This document shows, in pieces, positions 19,238 through 34,525 of a stretch of 64,000 nt of DNA. The DNA is from Thermoanaerobaculia bacterium (GTDB taxonomy: Bacteria; Acidobacteriota; Thermoanaerobaculia; UBA5066). Position 1 is the first letter of the stretch. Each line of letters opens with the position of its first letter. The notes under the pieces are model-generated. The model had not been told where the DNA came from. It did no database searches and worked only from the letters and a program-made list of their open reading frames with translations. The stretch is taken from positions 416,001 through 480,000 of the forward strand of contig CAWFJJ010000001.1 in NCBI GenBank assembly GCA_963816185.1, given 5' to 3'. The translations under genes were made by a program, and so were the position numbers.

Positions 19238-20301
19238 GCGCCGTACCCCGCGAGTGCCTTCTCGAGCTCCGCCTCGACGGACGCCACGGTCCGCGCGAGC
19301 GTGCGCTCGCCCGCCTTCGTCCGGCCCGCGGCGACGACGCGCGCCCGCTCTCCGGGGTCCACGAGAAGAGGGAGGGCGGCGGATTCCCATGCCTCGGGCG
19401 CGAGGGAAGAGACGAGGCCTCCGGCGGCGCCGTGATCCGTGAGCTCCGGAATGCCGCCCACGGCGTGGGCCAGCACCGGGCATCCCGCGGCCATCGCCTC
19501 GACGAGCGCGAGCGGCGCGCCCTCGCTGTCCGACGGCAGGAGGAGGAGATGGCTGGCCGCGAGATGCGCGGCGACGTCCTCGACTTCTCCCGCGAATACG
19601 GTGCGGCTCGAGACGCCGAGAGCGGCCGCCCGGGCCTCGACGGCGGACCGCTCCGTGCCGGAGCCGAGAAAGAGCAACGTCGCGTCGAGTCCACGGCGCG
19701 CGAGGAGCGCGAGAACCTCGATCGCGACGTCCTGCCCTTTACGGCCGTCGAAGGCGCCGACGTGGACGAGCCGGAAGGGAGGTGCGGGCGGAGCCGGTGT
19801 GTCGACGAAAGCCTCGGCGGGAAGGCCGTCCGGAATCACCGCGATCCGCGTTTGCTCGACTCCAGCCTGTTCGAGCGCCGCGGCCACGGCCGAGGAGACG
19901 GCGAGGAAGCGGCTCGCGGCGCGATACTTCACGCGGGACAGGACGTGTCTCGACGGGCGGAAGGCGACGCGCCGGTGGACGACGAGAGGGCGGCCCGACG
20001 TCGCGCGGCTCCACACGGCGGCCCCGTGTCCGCGCGAATCTCCCGCGTACAGGACGTCCGGCTGGAAGTGCCGGGCGGCGCGGGCCACGGACAGGAGGAG
20101 GCCGGGAGAGGCCTCTCCGCCGGGCGGCGCCTCGGCGACGTCGATCCTGCCGCGCGCTCGCAAGGCCTCGGCAAGCGGCGCCCCGCGAAGGCCGATGAAC
20201 CTGATCGCGTGGCCTCGGCGCGAGAGCTCCACGAGGAGCAACGCCGTCTGCCTCTGTCCGCCGCGCAGAGAGGCGCCGAGGTCGAGGGCGAGCAGCCTCA
20301 C
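19234..20301 (-). CDS. Glycosyltransferase family 4
   Basis: RGGQRQ, HRRV, RKGQ and EGAPLALVEAMAAG (EX7E) motifs. Confidence 0.88.
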   Translation of the reverse strand: MRLLALDLGASLRGGQRQTALLLVELSRRGHAIRFIGLRGAPLAEALRARGRIDVAEAPPGGEASPGLLLSVARAARHFQPDVLYAGDSRGHGAAVWSRATSGRPLVVHRRVAFRPSRHVLSRVKYRAASRFLAVSSAVAAALEQAGVEQTRIAVIPDGLPAEAFVDTPAPPAPPFRLVHVGAFDGRKGQDVAIEVLALLARRGLDATLLFLGSGTERSAVEARAAALGVSSRTVFAGEVEDVAAHLAASHLLLLPSDSEGAPLALVEAMAAGCPVLAHAVGGIPELTDHGAAGGLVSSLAPEAWESAALPLLVDPGERARVVAAGRTKAGERTLARTVASVEAELEKALAGYGA

Positions 20302-20428
20302 GCGGCGGAGAATAGCTGGCCCGCGGGCCGCTGCGCGGTCTGAACCGGAGATGGCGGGCCACCAAACTGTGAGTGAGGGGGGAACATGGTCGAGAAACGC
20401 GCGTTTTGTTGCCTGATAATGTGGTCCC

Positions 20429-21226
20429 GTGCGCACGCCGCTCTCCGTCGTTCTCCTCGTGAAGAACGAGCAGGACCGGCTGCCTGAAGCGCTCGAATCG
20501 GTCCAATTCGCCGACGAGATCGTCGTGGCAGACACCGGCTCGACGGACGAGACCGCCCGGGTCGCGCACCTCGGCGGCGCCCGCGTGGAGTCGATCGGGT
20601 GGGAGGGATTCGTCGGGTCGCGCAACCGCGCGCTCGCGGAAGCCCGCCACGACTGGGTGCTCGTCCTCGACGCGGACGAGCGCGTCTCCCCGGCCCTTCG
20701 CGACGAGATCCTCGTTGTGCTCGAGCGGAACGACTCCGCGATCTCCGGCTACCGGATGCCACGTCTTTCCCATTTCATGGACCGGCCGGTACGCCACGGC
20801 ACGTGGTACCCGGATTACAAGCTGCGCCTCGGACGCAGGTCGCGGGGCCTCCGGGCCGAAGGCGGCCGAGTGCACGAGGTGATCGTCGTCGACGGGCCGA
20901 CGGAAAAGCTTGCGATGCCGCTCCTCCATCACCCTTACCGCGATCTCTCGGACGCGCTCCGAAAGGCGTCGACGTATGCGCAACTTGGCGCGCAGGATCG
21001 CTTCGACCGCGGGGCCCGAGGAAGCCTGGCGACGCTCTTTCTGCGGCCGGCCGTGGAATTCTTCCGGTACCTCGTTCTCCGGGCGGGATTCCTCGACGGC
21101 CTCGTGGGCTTCTACGTTGCGTTTCTGCATGCGTCATCGTATTTTTTGCGCGCTGCCTTCCTGCTCGAAATTCAACGGCGCCGTCCGGTTGAACGAAGCG
21201 GGCGCCAGAAGGAGATCCCGACATGA
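20429..21226 (+). CDS. Glycosyltransferase family 2 (WaaE/KdtX-like LPS core)
   Basis: KNEQDRL, DTGSTDET, WVLVLDADE, WYPD and VHE motifs. Confidence 0.88.
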   Translation: MRTPLSVVLLVKNEQDRLPEALESVQFADEIVVADTGSTDETARVAHLGGARVESIGWEGFVGSRNRALAEARHDWVLVLDADERVSPALRDEILVVLERNDSAISGYRMPRLSHFMDRPVRHGTWYPDYKLRLGRRSRGLRAEGGRVHEVIVVDGPTEKLAMPLLHHPYRDLSDALRKASTYAQLGAQDRFDRGARGSLATLFLRPAVEFFRYLVLRAGFLDGLVGFYVAFLHASSYFLRAAFLLEIQRRRPVERSGRQKEIPT

Positions 21227-21561
21227 AGATCAGGACGAGTCGTTCGTTCGGATGCGCCCTCGCCCTTGCCGCCGCTTCGGCCCTGATCCTCGGCGGCTGC
21301 GGGAAGGCCGAGGAAAAGGGGCCGATGGAGAAGGCCGGCGCTGCCGCCGACAAAGCCATCGAGAAGGTCAGGACTGCGTCTACAGACGCCGCCAAGTCCG
21401 TCAGCGAGGCGGCCGAGAAGGCGAAGGTCGGTGCGTCGGAGATGACTGCGACGGCCGGAGCCGCCATGGAGAAAGCCGGCAAGAAGGTCGCAGCCGCCGG
21501 CGAGAAATCAGCCCAGGAGGCGAAGACAGCCGTCGCCGCCACCCCGGCTCCGAAGAAGTAA
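21223..21561 (+). CDS. Ala/Lys-rich lipoprotein
   Basis: Lipobox LGGC; GPMEKAGAAADKA, low-complexity and predicted helical. Confidence 0.75.
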   Translation: MKIRTSRSFGCALALAAASALILGGCGKAEEKGPMEKAGAAADKAIEKVRTASTDAAKSVSEAAEKAKVGASEMTATAGAAMEKAGKKVAAAGEKSAQEAKTAVAATPAPKK

Positions 21562-22265
21562 GCCCCGTTCAAGACCCTCGCCCTCTCGTCCGCCTCGCGG
21601 CGGAGATCGTCTCCTGCCGCGCGTGCCCGCGCCTCGTAGCCTGGCGCGAAGAGGCAGCCCGCCAGCCGCCGCGCCGCTTCCGGGGACAGCGTTATTGGGC
21701 GCGTCCCGTTCCCGGCTTCGGCGATCCTGGCGCTCGGCTACTCGTCGTGGGCCTCGCTCCCGCGGCGCACGGAGGCAACCGCACGGGGCGCGTCTTCACG
21801 GGAGATTCCTCGGGCGACTTCCTCTTCGCCGCGCTCTATCGGGCCAGTTTCGCAACCCAGCCCGTCTCCGTCTCCCGCGATGACGGCCTCGCGCTGCGCG
21901 ACGCCTGGATCGCGGCGGCCGTCCGTTGCGCCCCTCCCGACAACAGGCCCTCGCCCCAGGAGTTCGCGACGTGTAATCCATTCCTTGCCCGCGAGATCGC
22001 CGCGCTGGGGAATTTGCGCGTCGTCCTCGCCCTCGGTGCCCTCGCGTGGCGGTCGGTGCTTCAGGCTCTTGCCCGGACGGGAGCCACGGTTCCGCGCCCA
22101 GCGCCGAAATTTGCGCACGGCGCGGAATGCGATCTGGGCCGCGTGACGCTGTTCGGCTCGTACCACGTGAGCCAGCAGAACACGAATACGGGGCGCCTGA
22201 CGCCGGAAATGTTCGATACGGTCCTCAGAAGAGTGAGGTCCGAAGAGAACCGGGAGATTTCTTAG
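21558..22265 (+). CDS. Uracil-DNA glycosylase, family 5 (UdgB-like, Fe-S)
   Basis: CRACPRL, GLAPAAHGGNRTGR, RCAPPDN and SYHVSQQN motifs. No ATG/GTG/TTG lies just before the CxxC, so the start is placed at GTA 21558 (uncertain). Confidence 0.85.
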   Translation, partial: VSPVQDPRPLVRLAAEIVSCRACPRLVAWREEAARQPPRRFRGQRYWARPVPGFGDPGARLLVVGLAPAAHGGNRTGRVFTGDSSGDFLFAALYRASFATQPVSVSRDDGLALRDAWIAAAVRCAPPDNRPSPQEFATCNPFLAREIAALGNLRVVLALGALAWRSVLQALARTGATVPRPAPKFAHGAECDLGRVTLFGSYHVSQQNTNTGRLTPEMFDTVLRRVRSEENREIS

Positions 22266-22349
22266 AAGGGCAATAGGGCCGGGCCACGCCCGCCCCGTAT
22301 CGACACGCTTCGGCGCATCCCATGCCCGTCTCATTCACCTTCTAAGAAA
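22258..22349. repeat. Convergent pair of the TTTCTTAGAA-family motif; perfect 12-bp inverted repeat bounding 92 bp
   Basis: TTTCTTAGAAGG (22258-22269) and CCTTCTAAGAAA (22338-22349). Confidence 0.75.
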
Positions 22350-22379
22350 CACGTCATTTCCGCGTGCGTATCAGGCTCC

Positions 22380-23528
22380 ATGAAACAAACCATCCGAGCC
22401 TTCGCGCCCGCGGCTCTAGCCGCATTGGTCACCCTCTCGTCGCATTCCGCCCCCGCCCAACCCCATTACCTCCCCCCCAGCGGGGACAACCAGCGGGCCA
22501 CCGTGAGCCAGCAGGTCGGGCCGGTGACGGTCACGGTCTCCTACTCGAGCCCGCGCGTCGTCCTGAAGGGGAACGACCGGCGCGGGAAGATCTGGGGCAA
22601 GCTGGTGCCCTACGGCCTCACCGAGCTCGACTTCAACGAGTGCAAGTCCTGCCCCTGGCGCGCCGGTGCGAACGAGAACACGTTCTTCACGGTCTCGGAC
22701 GAGGTGAAAGTGCAGGGCAAGTCCCTCCCCGCGGGCACGTACGGCCTGTTCGCGATCACCGGGCCCGAGGAGTGGACGTTCATCTTCTCGAAGAACGCAA
22801 CCTCCTGGGGCAGCTACTGGTACGACCCGAAGGAGGACGTCCTCCGGGTGACGGCGAAGCCTGCGAAAAGCGAGTACCACGAGTGGCTCACGTACGACTT
22901 TACCGAACGGGAGCCGGCGAAGACGACCGTGGCCCTGAGATGGGAGGACCTGCAAATCCCGTTCACGATCACAGTCGACGACGTGCCCGCGCGGTGGGTC
23001 GCGAAGATGAAGGACGAGCTGCGCGGGTTCACGGGGTTCTACTGGGAGAACTGGCAGCGGGCCGCCGACTATTGTCTGAAGAACAAGATCGCCCTCCCCG
23101 AGGCGCTCGACTGGGCGCAGCGCGGCGCCGGGCCGAACTTCGGAGGTGACAATCAGATCATCGCGGTCGCGACGCTCGCGCGCGCCCAGGAGGCGAACGG
23201 CAAGGCGGCCGACGCCATGAAGACGTGGGACAAAGCCGTCAACCTGCCGGGCGCCACGGCCGTCCAGATCCACCAGGTAGGCCGTACGCTCCTCGCGGAT
23301 GGCAAGGCGCTTCAAGCCCTCTCCATCTTTCAGACGAATGCGAGGCGCTTCCCGAACCAATGGCCGGTCCACGTCGGGCTCATGCGGGGCTACGCGGGCG
23401 TCGGTGACGCGAAGAAGGCGCTCGAGGAAGGTCGCCTCGCCCTCAAGCAGGCGCCGGACGAGCCGAACAAGAAGGTCCTCACGGAGGCGATCGCCAAGCT
23501 CGAGAAGGGAGACACGAAGATCAACTGA
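22380..23528 (+). CDS. Exported DUF2911-domain protein with C-terminal TPR-like helices
   Basis: Signal peptide; [36 protein letters not shown] and WGSY motifs. Confidence 0.85.
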   Translation: MKQTIRAFAPAALAALVTLSSHSAPAQPHYLPPSGDNQRATVSQQVGPVTVTVSYSSPRVVLKGNDRRGKIWGKLVPYGLTELDFNECKSCPWRAGANENTFFTVSDEVKVQGKSLPAGTYGLFAITGPEEWTFIFSKNATSWGSYWYDPKEDVLRVTAKPAKSEYHEWLTYDFTEREPAKTTVALRWEDLQIPFTITVDDVPARWVAKMKDELRGFTGFYWENWQRAADYCLKNKIALPEALDWAQRGAGPNFGGDNQIIAVATLARAQEANGKAADAMKTWDKAVNLPGATAVQIHQVGRTLLADGKALQALSIFQTNARRFPNQWPVHVGLMRGYAGVGDAKKALEEGRLALKQAPDEPNKKVLTEAIAKLEKGDTKIN

Positions 23529-23556
23529 CGGGGATCAATACGATTCTGCTGATATT

Positions 23557-23579
23557 CGGGGCTGCTGATGCAGCCCCGA
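23557..23579. terminator. GC-rich hairpin downstream of the DUF2911 gene (probable terminator)
   Basis: TCGGGGCTGC-TGAT-GCAGCCCCGA, extendable by TTCTGCT/AGTAGAA. There is no clear U-tract. Confidence 0.45.
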
Positions 23580-23595
23580 TAGTAGAAAATCTTCG

Positions 23596-23671
23596 CCCCG
23601 GACGTCCGGAGTCAAGGGCGCGCTACGCGCGCCGCGCAGCGGTCAGGACCCTTGACACCGGACATCCGGGG
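23596..23671. promoter_or_regulatory. 23-bp inverted repeat upstream of purF
   Basis: CCCCGGACGTCCGGAGTCAAGGG (23596-23618) versus CCCTTGACACCGGACATCCGGGG (23649-23671); 21 of 23 positions complementary. Confidence 0.6.
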
Positions 23672-23701
23672 AATATCCGAATACAGAGTAAAATCAAATT
23701 C

Positions 23702-25210
23702 GTGGTGGGGGCTCCCGGGAAGTCGGCGGAAGACAAGTTCCGCGACGAGTGCGCGGTGTTCGGCATCTTCGGACACGCGGATGCCGCGAACCTCACGTAC
23801 CTCGGCCTCTATGCAATGCAGCATCGGGGGCAGGAGTCCGCGGGCATCGTCACGTGGTCCGGAAGCCGGATCGCGGTCGAGAAGGGAATGGGGCACGTCG
23901 CCGACATCTTCGACGAAGGCCGGCTCGGCCGCTTGCCCGGCTCCTCGGCGATCGGCCACGTGAGGTATTCCACGACCGGCGAATCGCTTCTGGAGAATGC
24001 CCAGCCCATCGTCTACAACACGAACAAGGGTCCGCTCGCCATCGCGCACAACGGCAACCTCGTGAACGCCATCGAGATCCGCGCCGAGCTGGAGGAGGAG
24101 GGCTCGATCTTCACGACGAGCTCGGATACGGAAGTGTTCCTTCATCTCATGGCGCGCTCGCGCGTCGAGGACGTCGTGGGCGCGTTGCGCGAGGCCCTCG
24201 CGCGCGTGCGCGGCGCCTACTCGATCGTCCTTCTCGCGAAGGACCGCGTGATCGCCGTGCGGGACCCGCAGGGCATCCGGCCGCTGACGCTGGGCCGGCT
24301 TCGGGTCGAGGGAGCCCCCGACGCGCGCGTGGTGGCCTCCGAAACCTGTGCGTTCGATCTCATCGACGCGGAGCCCCTGCGCGACGTCGAGCCGGGTGAG
24401 ATCGTCGTCTTCGACCCGGGAGGAACCGCCACGGCGTCGTTCGCGATGGGGCAGCGAACGGCCTTCTGCATTTTCGAGCACGTCTACTTCGCGCGCCCCG
24501 ACTCCTCCGTGTTCGGTAAGTCCGTCGCGGAATCGCGCCGGGCTTTCGGCCGGCGGCTCGCGCGCGAGCATCCGGTACCGGCTGACGTGGTCGTGCCCGT
24601 GCCCGACTCTGGCGTCTTCGCGGCGCTCGGGTTCGCGGAAGAGAGCGGGATCCCTTACGGAATGGGGCTCGTGCGCAACCATTACGTCGGCCGCACGTTC
24701 ATCGAGCCGAAGCAGGCGATCCGGCACTTCGGCGTCCGGGTGAAGCTGAACCCGGTCCGTTCCGTCGTCGCCGGCAAACGCGTCGTGCTCGTGGACGATT
24801 CGATCGTGCGCGGCACGACGTCGAAAAAGATCGTCAAGATGCTCAAGAACGCGGGGGCGAGCGAGGTCCACATGCGCATCTCATCGCCGCCCACGATGAA
24901 CCCGTGCCATTACGGGATCGACACGCCGCGGCGGAAAGAGCTCATCGCCGCGACGCGCGACCTCGAATCGACGCGGAAGTTCATCGAGGCCGACTCGCTC
25001 GGATACCTCTCTCTCGAGGGCATGCTCACGGCATTCGGGCGCAACGAGAACGAGGCCTGTGCGGCCTGCTTCTCGGGCCGGTATCCGGTTCCGCTGACGG
25101 TGCCTGATCCGCAGGCGGCGCTCTTCCCCTCCGACGAGCCGCGCGAGGACATCTCCGGGGAAAGGCCCGCGGAGATCTTCCCGCGGCTCGTCAGCGCGAC
25201 GAAGCCCTGA
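23702..25210 (+). CDS. purF: Amidophosphoribosyltransferase
   Basis: Propeptide then DEC (catalytic Cys); QHRGQE, GHVRYST, HNGNL and [10 protein letters not shown] motifs. Confidence 0.97.
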   Translation: MVGAPGKSAEDKFRDECAVFGIFGHADAANLTYLGLYAMQHRGQESAGIVTWSGSRIAVEKGMGHVADIFDEGRLGRLPGSSAIGHVRYSTTGESLLENAQPIVYNTNKGPLAIAHNGNLVNAIEIRAELEEEGSIFTTSSDTEVFLHLMARSRVEDVVGALREALARVRGAYSIVLLAKDRVIAVRDPQGIRPLTLGRLRVEGAPDARVVASETCAFDLIDAEPLRDVEPGEIVVFDPGGTATASFAMGQRTAFCIFEHVYFARPDSSVFGKSVAESRRAFGRRLAREHPVPADVVVPVPDSGVFAALGFAEESGIPYGMGLVRNHYVGRTFIEPKQAIRHFGVRVKLNPVRSVVAGKRVVLVDDSIVRGTTSKKIVKMLKNAGASEVHMRISSPPTMNPCHYGIDTPRRKELIAATRDLESTRKFIEADSLGYLSLEGMLTAFGRNENEACAACFSGRYPVPLTVPDPQAALFPSDEPREDISGERPAEIFPRLVSATKP

Positions 25211-25224
25211 AAGCTGTCGGCAAG

Positions 25225-25548
25225 GTGGTCGCGGATGAGCTCGATCTCTCGCCTGAGGACGGCGGCCGGAGCGTTCGCCTCCGCCTGCGCGTCTCGGCGG
25301 GCGCCTCGCGACGCCGCGTGCTCGGAGTCTACGGCGGCGCGCTCAAGCTTTCGGTGAAGGCCCCGCCCGAGAAGGGCAGGGCAAACAAGGACGTCGTCTC
25401 TCTCGTCGCCGAGACGTTCGGCCTCACGCCGTCGGGCGTCGAGATCCTCTCCGGCGAAACGTCGGCCGACAAGGTCGTCAAGCTCGCGCTCACTCCTCGG
25501 GAAGCGGCCGTGCGGTGCCGGAGCGCCCTGCTAGGATCCGCGCCGTGA
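25225..25548 (+). CDS. DUF167 (YggU-like) protein
   Basis: LKLSVKAPPEKGRAN and ILSGETS..K motifs. Confidence 0.85.
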   Translation: MVADELDLSPEDGGRSVRLRLRVSAGASRRRVLGVYGGALKLSVKAPPEKGRANKDVVSLVAETFGLTPSGVEILSGETSADKVVKLALTPREAAVRCRSALLGSAP

Positions 25549-26585
25549 CGGAGCCCCGCCCGCTGACTTACGCGGACGCCGGCGTCGACATCGACGCGAA
25601 GATGGGCGCTATCTCACGCGCGAAGGACGCGATCCGATCCACGTTCACGAAAGGCGTGGTGAGCGACGTCGGAGGCTTCGGCGGCCTCTTCCGGCCGGAT
25701 TTCGCGGGGATGACCGACCCGCTCCTCGTCGCATCGGCCGACGGCGTGGGCACGAAGGTGAAGGTCGCGATCGCCGCGGGAGTGCACGGAACGGTGGGAC
25801 AGGATCTCGTCAACCACTGCGTCAACGACATCCTCGTCCAGGGCGCGAGCCCGCTTTTCTTTCTCGACTACATCGCGACGGGCAAGATGCGGCCCGAGAT
25901 CGTCGGCGAAATTCTCGAAGGGCTGGCGAAAGCCTGCCGGGAGAACGGCTGCGCCCTCCTCGGGGGCGAGACCGCGGAAATGCCGGGGATGTACGCCGCG
26001 GGCGACTACGACCTCGCGGGCACGATCGTGGGAGTCGTAGACCGGCCGAAGATGCTGGACGGCAGTCGGGTGGCGGAAGGGGATTTGCTCATCGGCCTGC
26101 CCTCTTCCGGCCTGCATACCAACGGGTACTCTCTCGCCAGGAAGATCTTCTTCGAAGGCTTGGGGATGCAGCCTGCCACGGACGTGCCGGAGCTTGGGTC
26201 CACGGTGGCCTCGGCCCTTCTCGCCGTGCACCGCAGCTACCTCAAGCCCGTCCTCCCACTCGTAGAAGATCTTCTTCTTTCCGCCATGGCCCACATCACA
26301 GGGGGCGGGTTTCCAGACAACATTCCCCGAATCCTGCCTCCGGGCCTCGACGTCGTCGTTCATCCCAGCGCGTGGAGCTGGCCTCCGCTGTTCCGGTTCC
26401 TGCAGGACAAGGGACGCATCGCGCCCGCCGAGATGCTGCGGGTCTTCAACTGCGGCATCGGCTTGATTCTGCTCGTCCCGCCGGCCCGGGGCCTCGAGGT
26501 CAAGACGCGGCTGGACGCGAGCGGCGAGGACTGGAAACAGATCGGGCGCGTTCAAAAGGGCGAGCGGAAGGTCCGTTTCGTGTGA
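25545..26585 (+). CDS. purM: Phosphoribosylformylglycinamidine cyclo-ligase
   Basis: YADAGVDI, DGVGTK, GGETAEMPG, SSGLHTNGYSL and HITGGG motifs. Confidence 0.97.
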   Translation: MTEPRPLTYADAGVDIDAKMGAISRAKDAIRSTFTKGVVSDVGGFGGLFRPDFAGMTDPLLVASADGVGTKVKVAIAAGVHGTVGQDLVNHCVNDILVQGASPLFFLDYIATGKMRPEIVGEILEGLAKACRENGCALLGGETAEMPGMYAAGDYDLAGTIVGVVDRPKMLDGSRVAEGDLLIGLPSSGLHTNGYSLARKIFFEGLGMQPATDVPELGSTVASALLAVHRSYLKPVLPLVEDLLLSAMAHITGGGFPDNIPRILPPGLDVVVHPSAWSWPPLFRFLQDKGRIAPAEMLRVFNCGIGLILLVPPARGLEVKTRLDASGEDWKQIGRVQKGERKVRFV

Positions 26586-27247
26586 GTGGGGATGCTGCGG
26601 CGAACGTCGGAACGCAGCCGAAGCCGCTCGTCCCGTTGCCGGCCCGCCTGGCCGTTCTGCTGTCGGGCCGCGGTTCGAACTTCGGGGCCCTCGCGGACGC
26701 ATGCGACCGCGGGGAGATCCCGGCCCGGATCGTCCTGGTCGCCTCCGACGTGCCTTCGGCGGCAGGTCTTGAAAGGGCACGCGCCCGTGGGATTTCTTCG
26801 AAAGTGATCGGGACGGGACCGAAGGCAACTCGTGTTCAGCGCGAGCGCGAGCTCTCCGAGGCGCTCGAAGCGGCTCGTCCCGATCTCATCTGCCTCGCGG
26901 GTTTCATGCGCGTCCTCTCGGCCGAGCTCGTTGCGCAGTGGCCCCTTCGAATCCTGAACGTGCATCCCTCTCTCCTGCCTTCGTTTCCGGGCCTCGAAGC
27001 ACAGGCACAGGCGCTCGACTACGGAGTCCGCGTGACCGGGGCGACCGTGCATTTCGTCGACGCGGGCACGGACACGGGACCGATCGTGGCCCAGGCGGCT
27101 GTGCCGGTGCATCCGGGCGACGACGCCAACGCCCTCGCGGCGCGGATTCTCCCGGTCGAACACACTCTGTACGCCGCGGCCGTCCGCTGCGTGCTCGAGG
27201 GCGGGTGGTGGATCTCCGGCCGGCGAGTGACGTTTTCCGGGAGCTGA
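26582..27247 (+). CDS. purN: Phosphoribosylglycinamide formyltransferase
   Basis: SGRGSN, LAGFMR, NVHPSLLP and GATVHFVDAGTDTGP motifs. Confidence 0.96.
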   Translation: MSGDAAANVGTQPKPLVPLPARLAVLLSGRGSNFGALADACDRGEIPARIVLVASDVPSAAGLERARARGISSKVIGTGPKATRVQRERELSEALEAARPDLICLAGFMRVLSAELVAQWPLRILNVHPSLLPSFPGLEAQAQALDYGVRVTGATVHFVDAGTDTGPIVAQAAVPVHPGDDANALAARILPVEHTLYAAAVRCVLEGGWWISGRRVTFSGS

Positions 27248-27542
27248 AGCCCGCGCGAGAATCCCACTTTCGAGGGATTGCCCCTGGGGCGGCAGATCCT
27301 TACCTTTGAGTAGCTTCTGAAATGCGATGGGTAAGGTTGCGGCGGTTGGGAGCCCCGCCCCGGAAAGCCTTCGATTTCGGCAGCTAAGGTCGTTCTTTAG
27401 CACTTCGGCTTTTCGCACAGGTGGCTCGGTTCGATCGGGGAAGCGGGGTCGCCCTCACCCCGCCTTCCGCCCGGTCCAAGCCGGAGCCGCTCGATACCTT
27501 GAGCCCCTGTGCATTCTTTGCCCTGATTCCTGTGCAATACCC

Positions 27543-27571
27543 TTGACTGGGGGCCGTACGGGGCCTAAGTT
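27543..27571 (+). promoter_or_regulatory. Putative rrn P1 promoter
   Basis: TTGACT-17 nt-TAAGTT. Confidence 0.55.
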
Positions 27572-27661
27572 CTATGCCCCCGCACCGGGGTGCGGGGTCG
27601 GCTCTTTGGCTGCGAATCTGGGAAAAGGTGGCAGAGCGTAAAACTTCCGCGACTTTTTCCC

Positions 27662-27730
27662 TTGACGCTGCTAAATGCTTCTGACAGTATCCGCCTTCCT
27701 GCCGCTGGACGGCGCCGGCTCCTTGAAAAC
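27662..27730 (+). promoter_or_regulatory. Putative rrn P2 promoter and boxA-like antiterminator
   Basis: TTGACG-17 nt-CAGTAT, then GCTCCTTGAAAA. The following CTGAACAGAGAC is complementary to GTCTCTGTTCAG at ~29640 (16S processing stem). Confidence 0.55.
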
Positions 27731-28003
27731 TGAACAGAGACATCAGTACGCGTCTGCGAAAACAGACGCGGATTGAACAGTTTACGTGAATCCTTTGAGG
27801 TGCTTTTCGAAGAGAGCTCGAGAGAAATCTCGAGAGCACTCGACGGAAGGCATGAAGCCGAGGGGTCCCGGGCTTAGCTCCGGGTTCCTGGAGCGCTTCT
27901 AAAACAGCTCCGAAATCGCGTCGTGAGGGATGCAACGTCCCTGCGGCGCCGACGTCCGACGGACGTCGTAAAACAAGAGCCTGAAATTCATAACTTCAGA
28001 AAA

Positions 28004-29563
<1,560 letters not shown>

Positions 29564-29703
29564 GGGATCTCGGAATCGAGGGGGCCCTCACGCCCCGCGG
29601 ATCCGCAGTCCTGAGGTCGACGAAGGATTTCGTAAACTCGTCTCTGTTCAGTTTCCAGGGAACCGGAAGGTTCTTTCGAATCCGGACGACCCTCTTTCCT
29701 CGG

Positions 29704-29780
<77 letters not shown>

Positions 29781-29807
29781 CGCTCGCGACCATCGATGAC
29801 GAGAGTC

Positions 29808-29883
29808 GGGGCTGTAGCTCAGCTGGGAGAGCGGCGGCTTTGCAAGCCGTAGGTCGACGGTTCGATCCCGTTCAGCTCCACCA
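29808..29883 (+). tRNA. tRNA-Ala (TGC)
   Basis: GGGGCTG...TTTGCAA anticodon loop...GGTTCGA...CAGCTCCACCA. Confidence 0.97.
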
Positions 29884-30102
29884 ATTTGTTCCGGGCTGAA
29901 CCCGCGACCGGGTTCCCCCGGCCCCCCTCCGCGTCCTGGGCATTGGATGAGGGAAGGGCGGTTTGGAAGATGGACAGTTACGGGTCGCCCTCGAGGCGAT
30001 CTTCGCGTCTCAGGACGCACGGTCTTTGACAGCAGAATCGAGTGATTAGCAAATTTTTTGAACGCGAATTATTTTGTACGATTCGCGCCTGAAGTATTTT
30101 AT

Positions 30103-33095
<2,993 letters not shown>

Positions 33096-33194
33096 TAAAA
33101 TTCTCCAGGTGCGAGTCGTCGAAGATGTTCGCGAACGAACAGAGAGAAAAGCTGATCGCTCGGTTCTGCACGGAAGCTCACGATGAAATAGAGT

Positions 33195-33313
33195 TTCCGG
33201 TGGCCTTATCGAGGGGGCTCCACCCGTTCCCATTCCGAACACGGCCGTTAAGCCCCTCGGAGCCGATGGTACTGCACGGGAAACTGTGTGGGAGAGTAGG
33301 ACGCTGCCGGGAA
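33195..33313 (+). rRNA. rrf: 5S ribosomal RNA
   Basis: CCCGTTCCCATTCCGAACACGG, GCCGATGGTACTG and GGGAGAGTAGG; TTCCGG/CCGGGAA ends. Confidence 0.97.
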
Positions 33314-33318
33314 GTTTG

Positions 33319-33355
33319 AAGGGCCCGGACCCAAAAGGTCCGGGCCCTTGTTTCT
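33319..33355 (+). terminator. rrn operon intrinsic terminator
   Basis: AAGGGCCCGGACC-CAAAA-GGTCCGGGCCCTT followed by GTTTCT. Confidence 0.8.
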
Positions 33356-33457
33356 GCTAGTGAATCAGGGGAACCCGTGCCCGGGTTTCCCCCTGCCCCC
33401 TTCCAATTCGGAGTCGACCTGACGATCCCCCTCCCCGGCTCCGTTAGACTCGAAGGG

Positions 33458-34525
33458 ATGACGAACACCTCGAAGCGGGCGCTTCTCACCGGAATCACCG
33501 GCCAGGACGGCAGCTATCTTGCCGAGCTTCTCCTCGGGAAAGGCTACGAGGTCCACGGGATCATCCGGCGCTCGTCGTCGTTCAACACGGAGCGCCTCGA
33601 CCACCTCTATCAGGACCCGCACGTGCCGAAGCGCAACCTCGTGCTCCACTACGGCGACCTGAACGACGCGTCCTCCCTGAACCGCATCCTTCGCGTCACG
33701 ACGCCGCACGAGATCTACAACCTCGGCGCACAGAGTCACGTCAAGGTCTCGTTCGACGTCCCGGAGTACACGGCGGAGGTCACGGCCGTCGGCGCCACCC
33801 GCATCCTCGAAGCCATCCGCGAGGTCGGGCTCCGTCCGCGCTTCTACCAGGCGTCCTCCTCCGAGATGTTCGGAAAGGTGGCCGAGTCGCCTCAGACGGA
33901 GACGACGCGCTTCCACCCCCGGTCGCCGTACGGCGTGGCGAAAGCCTATGCCTACGCGATCACGGTGAATTACCGCGAGGCCTACTCCCTTCACGCCTCG
34001 AACGGCATCCTGTTCAACCACGAATCGCCGCGGCGCGGCGAGACGTTCGTGACGCGGAAGATCTCTCGCGCGGCGGGACGCATCGCGGCCGGCCTCCAGG
34101 ACGCTCTCTATCTCGGCAATCTCGACGCCAGGCGCGACTGGGGATTCGCGGGAGACTTCGTCGAGGCGATGTGGCTCATGCTCCAGAGGGACGAGCCCGG
34201 CGATTACGTCGTCGCCACGGGCGAAACGCATACCGTTCGCGAGTTCTGCGATCGCGCCTTCGCCCGCGCCGGCTGTCCTCTTCGCTGGACCGGCTCGGGA
34301 TCCGACGAGACGGGCGTCGAGAAGAAATCGGGCGCCCCGCGCGTGCGCGTCGACGAGCGCTATTTCCGCCCTGCCGAGGTGGACGTCCTTCTTGGCGACG
34401 CGTCCAAGGCGCGGCGCGAGCTGGGCTGGATGCCGAAGGTGACGTTCGAGGGGCTCGTGAACATGATGGTCGACGCCGATCTCGAGAAAGCGCGCAAGGA
34501 AGCGGCGGGCGTGCCGTCAGTGTGA
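33458..34525 (+). CDS. gmd: GDP-mannose 4,6-dehydratase
   Basis: [31 protein letters not shown] and [10 protein letters not shown] motifs. Confidence 0.97.
   Translation: MTNTSKRALLTGITGQDGSYLAELLLGKGYEVHGIIRRSSSFNTERLDHLYQDPHVPKRNLVLHYGDLNDASSLNRILRVTTPHEIYNLGAQSHVKVSFDVPEYTAEVTAVGATRILEAIREVGLRPRFYQASSSEMFGKVAESPQTETTRFHPRSPYGVAKAYAYAITVNYREAYSLHASNGILFNHESPRRGETFVTRKISRAAGRIAAGLQDALYLGNLDARRDWGFAGDFVEAMWLMLQRDEPGDYVVATGETHTVREFCDRAFARAGCPLRWTGSGSDETGVEKKSGAPRVRVDERYFRPAEVDVLLGDASKARRELGWMPKVTFEGLVNMMVDADLEKARKEAAGVPSV

Noticed and set aside
33366-33395. Small palindrome GAACCCG-N4-CGGGTT(T/C), also present at ~29897 in the ITS, as a REP family
   Set aside because: Only two short copies, both within or next to the rrn operon; adequately explained as spacer or terminator hairpins.
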